A stretch of DNA of 64,000 bases from the human T2T-CHM13v2.0 reference genome, Homo sapiens, in the NCBI RefSeq assembly GCF_009914755.1, contig NC_060928.1; one strand, written 5' to 3'. Numbering within the stretch: position 1 is the stretch's first letter; every line of letters begins with the position of its first letter. A program made the position numbers and the translations under genes. Positions 57,640 through 64,000 of the stretch are shown here, in pieces. The notes beneath the pieces are model-generated. The model worked only from the letters and a program-made list of their open reading frames with translations, did not search any database and had not been told where the DNA came from.

Positions 57640-58430
57640 GGACTGCTATATTAGCACGTGTATTTGACAAAATAGTATTTCAGGAGAAAAGCATACAAGT
57701 TATAAAAAGGGAAATTTGAAAATGAACAAACAGTCCAATGTGTGAATAGCGAAATTAGTTCAAAATGTATTGGGTCAAAACCTACAAAATGAATAATAAT
57801 AAATGTAATCTTATTTCCACATAACAGAATTTGCATATTATTTTAAAGCCATATAGAAAATTTATGTAAATACTGACAGGATATTAGACCACAAAGAAGT
57901 AAAACAAATTTCAAAGGATTGATATAAAACATGTTCTCAGAATTTGGCAAAATAAAATGTAAATGATAAAAACAGAAAAATAGCTAATATTACCATATAT
58001 TTGGAAAATAAAAACATGTCATTTGATAAAGTATCAGTGAAAAGAGAAATCACAATATTACACTGAATGTTATGATATATTTTCAACTAAATTTCCAAAA
58101 GTACACCTTAACATTTTAAGGATACAGATAGAGTATCCCTCAGAAAAAAATGTAAAGGCAATTATTAGGAAACAAAATGATTAAAAATAAATTAAAGTTT
58201 CAAGCAGAAGCTGCGAAAAAAGCTAAAGCAAATATAGATATCTAGATAAGTAAAAAGAATTGAAAGCAATTTTAGTTAACTGCTTAAAACATAAAAAGGA
58301 AACAAGAGAAATGATCAATAGAACCAAAAGTGTGTCTTTTGCAATGATTAATAAATAGCAATCTGGCAAGTATGCTTGCATCAAAGAAAGAACAAGGAAA
58401 CAATTCTAGGAATGATACTGGGCATATAAT
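57640..58430 (+). mobile_element. Ancient L1M ORF2 remnant
   Basis: 'atattagaccacaaag..acaaatttcaaaggattga', 'atatatttggaaaat', 'atcaatagaaccaaaag'. Confidence 0.6.
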
Positions 58431-58489
58431 TGTGGTAACTATGTTTCTAAAGTCAGTTGGAAAGAAGAGAATGATGGGGATGATTAAAT

Positions 58490-59336
58490 GAGAATTCCTC
58501 TTCCAGGTATATACCCAAAAGAATTAGAAGCAGGGTCCTGAAAAGATATTTGTACACCCATGCACATCACAACATTATTCACAAGAGCTAAAATGTGGAA
58601 GTAACCCAAGTGTTTAGAGATGAACGAATGGATAGGCCAATATAGTATATCCATATAGTAGAATACAATTCAGCCTTAAAAAGGAAGGGCAGGCCAGGCA
58701 TGGTGGCTCACGCCTATAATCCCAGCATTTGGGAGGCCGAGGCAGGCAGATCACGAGGTCAAGAGATGGAGACCATCCTGGCCAACATGGTGAAACCCCG
58801 TCTCTACTAAAAATACAAAAATTTGCTGGGCGTGGTGGTGCACACCTGCAGTCCCAGCTACTCGGGAGGTGATTGGGAGGTGATTGTGCCACTGCACTCC
58901 AGTCTGGAGACAGAGCAAGACTCTGCTTCAAAAAAAAAAAAAAAAGAAAAGAAATGAAAAAAAGGAAGAATATTATGGCACGTATTAAAACATGGATTAA
59001 TCTTGAGAACATTGTGATAAGTAAAATAATCCTATCACAATAAGACAAATACTGTATGATTCCATATACACAAAATATCTAGAGTTGTCAAAATTATAAG
59101 GTAGAAAGTAGAATAGTGGTTGCTAGCAGATGTGGGGAGGGAAAATGGAGAGTTATTGTTGAATGGGTATAGAATGTTTCAGCTTTGAAAGATGAAAACA
59201 GCTCTGGAGATGGAGTGTGTATATGGTTGCACAACAATATGAATGTACTTAATACCATTAAACTATTCAAACTGAACAATTAAAACCGTTAAGATGGTAA
59301 ATTTTATATGATATGTATTTTACCACATTAAAAAAA
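58490..59336 (+). mobile_element. L1MB 3' end interrupted by an Alu
   Basis: 'ggtatatacccaaaagaatt..gatatttgtacacccatg', ends 'gttaagatggtaaattttat..attttaccaca'. Confidence 0.9.
58692..58962 (+). mobile_element. AluSc SINE with right-arm deletion
   Basis: 'gatcacgaggtcaagagatggagaccatcctggcc'; 'ctcgggaggtgattgggaggtgattgtgcc' replaces the central right arm. Confidence 0.93.
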
Positions 59337-60607
59337 TGAAAGAAGAAAAGAGATAGCTGAAGAAGTGAGGAAGTGTATCGGGAGTATTGCAGGGACAGGA
59401 GGTTAGGTCAGGGGCTGTAATTATAAACAGGAATGCCTCTTGGAGAAGATTACATGATAAAACAAAATCTGATGAAGGGGAGGTTAGCATTTCATAGGTC
59501 ACAAGAATTTTGACTTTTTCTCTGCACAGGAAGGAATTGGAGGGTTTTGAAGTTACAGTATTCATTTAAGGTTTTAATGGGATCATTCCAAGTACTGACA
59601 AGCTAAAAAGAAGGGAGTAGTTAAGTAGGAAGCTAATGCCTTCATCCCATGTGACAGTTGCTAGTGGAGTATATCAGGTTGGTAGTGGTACAGATGGTCT
59701 GATAGTTGATTTGTGGAAATATTTGAAAGGTGTTGATCTAAAATTTCTAGGAATTATATAATGTTAAGTAATTAAGGTGTTTCTACTGTAATAATATTTC
59801 ACATTAAGAAAATATGAAATGTAACTAATTGCTTATAAGTGACAGGAAACTTCTTAATAAGCATATTGACTGTTATGCTCTGACATTGTACATTTATTAT
59901 GTATAGGAAACCTGAAGTTTCAAAAGTTTAGGAATGTGGCTATATTTTAATATATGTTCAAATATAACCAAACTCAAAAATGTAGAATTGCTGCTATCAT
60001 GTCATTAGATTCAAATTATCCTATAACCCATGAAGATAGCATAGCATGCTTCTAGCAGTATGAGTTCAAATGATTAATTTGTATATAAAAATACTAAGAT
60101 GCCTCATTAGGTTTTGTGACTATAATCGCTATCAGTGTAACTTGAGTAAGTATAGACAAAAGGGGGATTTAAGACATTTTAGATAAAAATGCCTCAGGAA
60201 AATGTTTACATATAGTATTAGGCACCTATGAAACTATAAATTCAGGTCTGACAAATAAAAAGAATGTTATATTTAAAATAAATAATGCAAAGGACTTTAA
60301 ATCAGCATTATGTTAAATATTATTGCTAACCACTGATCAAATCAAAGCAGAAAAATATATATAGCTTTCTTGATCCATTTGTTTTTATTTTTTATGTTTA
60401 AGAACAAAATAAAGCAAACACATGGTGGGTGGGAGTAGTGGTTATCAATTCTTCTTAAAGCATATTAAATGGTAAATTGTTGCAAAGTTTATATACTAAC
60501 ATAACTTTGATGAAACTTAACACTATAAAATAAGCACAAAAATAATTTCTTGTGGATGATTTGTGTGTATGTAAATATATAGCATTTTTCTAGAAACTTG
60601 AAAAAAA

Positions 60608-60716
60608 ATTTTTAGAGGTGAGGATCTCACCATGTTTCCCAGAGTAGGTTTAAACTCCTGGGCTCAAGTAGTCCTCCCACATAGATGGAACTACAGGCAC
60701 ACACCATCATGCCCAC
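60608..60716 (-). mobile_element. Alu monomer (FLAM-like) fragment
   Basis: 'tctcaccatgtttccca..aactcctgggctcaagta..ctacaggcacacacca'. Confidence 0.75.
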
Positions 60717-61247
60717 TTATTATAGTTTTATCTAGAAATCTTGATATCAACACACATAAAAATATTCTGCTACTTCATTTTCAAGTGTGCTCTTTGTATT
60801 TCTTTGTGAAGATTGAAGATCAGTAATGAAATACAGTTGGTACAATTGTGTTACTCTGAAATAAACAACAAGTGAGACTCTAATAAAATTGTCACATATA
60901 TTATAGGAATGTGTAATTGTGAATTCAGGTCAATACATTCTGTAAAATTGTGCCATATTTTAAAATGTGCTTTACCAGTCAGCTTGGAAAGCTTTTACCT
61001 TTCTTATGTTTGTTTTTATAAAGTAATGTATCAAATTATGGGTTTATAATGACATCTGACACAATGGTATAAAGACAGGTGTTTCAAAAAAAGTCAATCT
61101 TAAATTCAAAATGCCAAATATTGGGTATACACAAAACCCATGTGTAAGTAATTGAGTTAAAAATTTATGAAAGTGTAACAGCTATGAAGAAATACTTTTT
61201 ACATGAAATGACCCTTAAAGTTGGTAATATGATAAACAGAATACTCT

Positions 61248-61308
61248 TAAAGTTCATAATTTTTTGACTAATTAAAATTAAAGGTCATAATTTTTTGACT
61301 AATTAAAA
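61248..61308 (+). repeat. 31-bp tandem duplication
   Basis: aaag(t/g)tcataattttttgactaattaaaa twice. Confidence 0.9.
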
Positions 61309-63273
61309 ACATAGGCCTGGGTAACCTTATATTACCCTGGTTAAAGATAATTATGCAATCAGAAAATGCAAAGAATGACTATTTTTTCCAAAGTTGTATC
61401 ACAGCTCAGTTGTTTATTGGTGTTCTGTTAATAACTCTAATTCATGTAGTCTATGACCACAGTCATTTTTATTTTTTAAAAGTACACTGAATGCAATTAC
61501 ATGAAAAAAAAATTCTTTGGAGGATATCCTACATCTGGAAAGTCTACATTTTAAAATTATTTCCCCCTGATTTATATAATTCGAGCTACTTTTGTATCAA
61601 GGTTTTAGGGAAAAAATACTAAATAATATAACTTTTCTAACATAAAATATTCTTAAAATTAGAAGGGTTTGTTTCCAATTTATTTGTAATTGGTAGCACA
61701 ATTTGAAACATACAATCATTTTCATTTATTACTATCTAATAGCTTACATGCAATTAATTCCTAAATGACAATTTTTAAATGAGCACACCATTATCTAGCA
61801 ACTTTTGAAAGGTGGCACTCCATCTAGATAAACTGCTGAGAAGGGGGAAAATAATTCAGAATTTTTTTTTCTGTTTGATCAGTTAATATTTGTTCAGTGA
61901 AATATTACTCTCTAGGAAGCACACCTTTCCTTTCTTCATGTAGAGTTAATAGTACTTTATTTTGTCTAGTATATAGCACTTTTTGATATTGAAATGATGT
62001 AATGACCGTAAGTGTGCTTTAAAAATATATATCACTATATTGGTAGGGAACTATTTAGATAATAAAAAAAATTCTCACTGAAAACTTAATACCTCTCCCA
62101 AAGTTTTGAATTAATTTTTTTTTAATTTTGTGTAAACCTCTTGTGTGATTCTAGCTCGCAAGATAAAGATTCCTAGAGCTGTGAAGGAGGGCATATGTAT
62201 ATTTTTTCACTACTGATTTAGTTTCCAGACTATTTTAGAAACTTAATAAATATTTTTGAATAAATGAATAGTTATTACTTCATCATAAAAATTAGGATGT
62301 GGGAAAATTAGCATAGTTTTTCAATTATAAATATAGGGAATATCATTGAGAACTGTTACTAGATTAACCTCATCAATCACATTTTAATAATCTGTACTAC
62401 TCAAAAGTACTTACATTTTTTTACATCTACCCTTCAGTAAAGTCCAAAGAACAAAATAGCTTCAATTTACAAGTGTTTTTTTCAAAATATCAATAATATA
62501 AATTATAAATACTAAAACTTACAGAAGAGAGTTTGATTCACATTTTTTCGTTAAAATAATTTTTCAAATACATATAAGAATTTTTAAATGTATGTTATTT
62601 GGAAAGATGATTAGGAAAACTATTTAGTTCAAAAGAAGTGCTATCATAGATTACTCCTTAAACTGAGCTTAAAAATGATTGAGATACTGAATATGATGAT
62701 AGTAACTGGAATTCTTTTATATGGGTAACATTTTATGAGAAAATAAAATTGAAAGGTAAATTACTGTACCATCTTTCCCTAATATATCTTTTATTCAGAA
62801 TGCCTAAGGCTTAAACCCTGAAGAAAAAAAATAAAGCATCAAATAGTAGGGAAGAGTTCGGTGTTCTTTTTGCAACTGCATGTTGTGTGAAGAAGAAAAT
62901 TAATTCAGGATTTCTTGAGCCTTGTGTTTTCCTCTTAAAAATGTTTTAAATGTCCTAATTTGCTTACAGTATTTGTTAATAAATTATTCACTATATACTT
63001 TTGTATATTATGTTTATAGGCATTTCTTTTGTAGGCAGTGGTTTGCACTGGCTACAACTAGTAATTAGTTAATAGCATGGTGACTTTCACTGTTCAAGTG
63101 TAAGGCAACCTCAAAGAGAGTGGCTGGCCTATGATTTAAGTAATCTATTCCTATCTTAGCTCATTTACCTGATGTCTGATGCTAAGTCAAGTAAAAAAAT
63201 TGGTTATGCTCTTGTAATGGGTAAACATGGCTGGCATACTTAAGTATCTCATGAACTGAGAATGTTCTTTTTA

Positions 63274-63320
63274 ATCTATGTATCTATCTATCTGTCTTTC
63301 CTTCCATCTATCTATCTATA
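63274..63320. repeat. Degenerate (TCTA)n microsatellite
   Basis: 'atctatgtatctatctatctg..atctatctatctata'. Confidence 0.8.
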
Positions 63321-64000
63321 ACCTACCATAATAGGTGTCCCTATCATAAGGGACAACATAATCATATCTTCCTCTTCAATAAACCATTATGTCAACTCCC
63401 ATTCCCTATCTCTGAGTGTCTTTTTAGTTTATTTTTAGAAGTACTTATTTTTAAATACATAAATAATGTTTACTCACAGAGACTCTTATATTTAAATTTG
63501 ATTAAATATCAAACGTTATTCTACATGTTGCATTCCTTTTAAATAGTATAACTCTAGGATGATTAATTATCCTCATTCTGTCTAAAAATATATGTGAAGG
63601 TATAAAATTTAAGTAGTGAGATTAGCTATAATAATATAGCAGAAGAACACTATAGAATTATAAAGTCATTTTATACATTCTGGGTACCACATCTGTAGGA
63701 TGGGAAAGTAATTGTTTATATTCTTTCTAGAAAAATGTTCAAAAATAATAACAAACTCACTGGACATTGTTCATTTCTGATATTGTTTGTTCCTATTTAG
63801 AAGTTATTTAAGTTTCATTCCAACCACCAAATGTCTAATAGTGCATGTTACAAAACCATGAGTAAATTGTTGTAATAATTTTTGTAGAGAAAACTATGAT
63901 GTCTAATATGTACAGCACCAATTTAATATTAGTTTTTCTACAGGAAAAATCAGTGTCTATTGAACTTCTAAAATTACAGATTAGTGGGTGAGAAATGTAT

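Overview
Human genomic DNA: an AluYb8 at 25206-25515 is human-specific. The window is strongly AT-rich and looks like gene desert. I can support no protein-coding gene; the listed ORFs are Alu-, L1-, microsatellite- or GC-bias artefacts. Most of it is a mosaic of Alu, old and young L1, MIR/L2, MaLR/ERV LTRs and hAT MER elements. The one striking feature is a GC/CpG-rich block at 14976-18381: about 1.37 tandem copies of a 2482-bp unit that I recognise as the 2.5-kb SST1 (MER22/NBL2-related) macrosatellite. It carries a promoter-like core with an NRF1 palindrome, two YY1 sites and strong minus-strand splice donors. The block appears to replace the middle of one L1MA-type element whose 5' end, 3' end and target-site duplication survive on either side. 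The second, promoter-less partial copy shows one-directional CpG decay. Repeat subfamily names come from recalled consensus motifs, not from a database search, and boundaries of old elements are approximate. I see an unusual architecture rather than proof of a new biological system.
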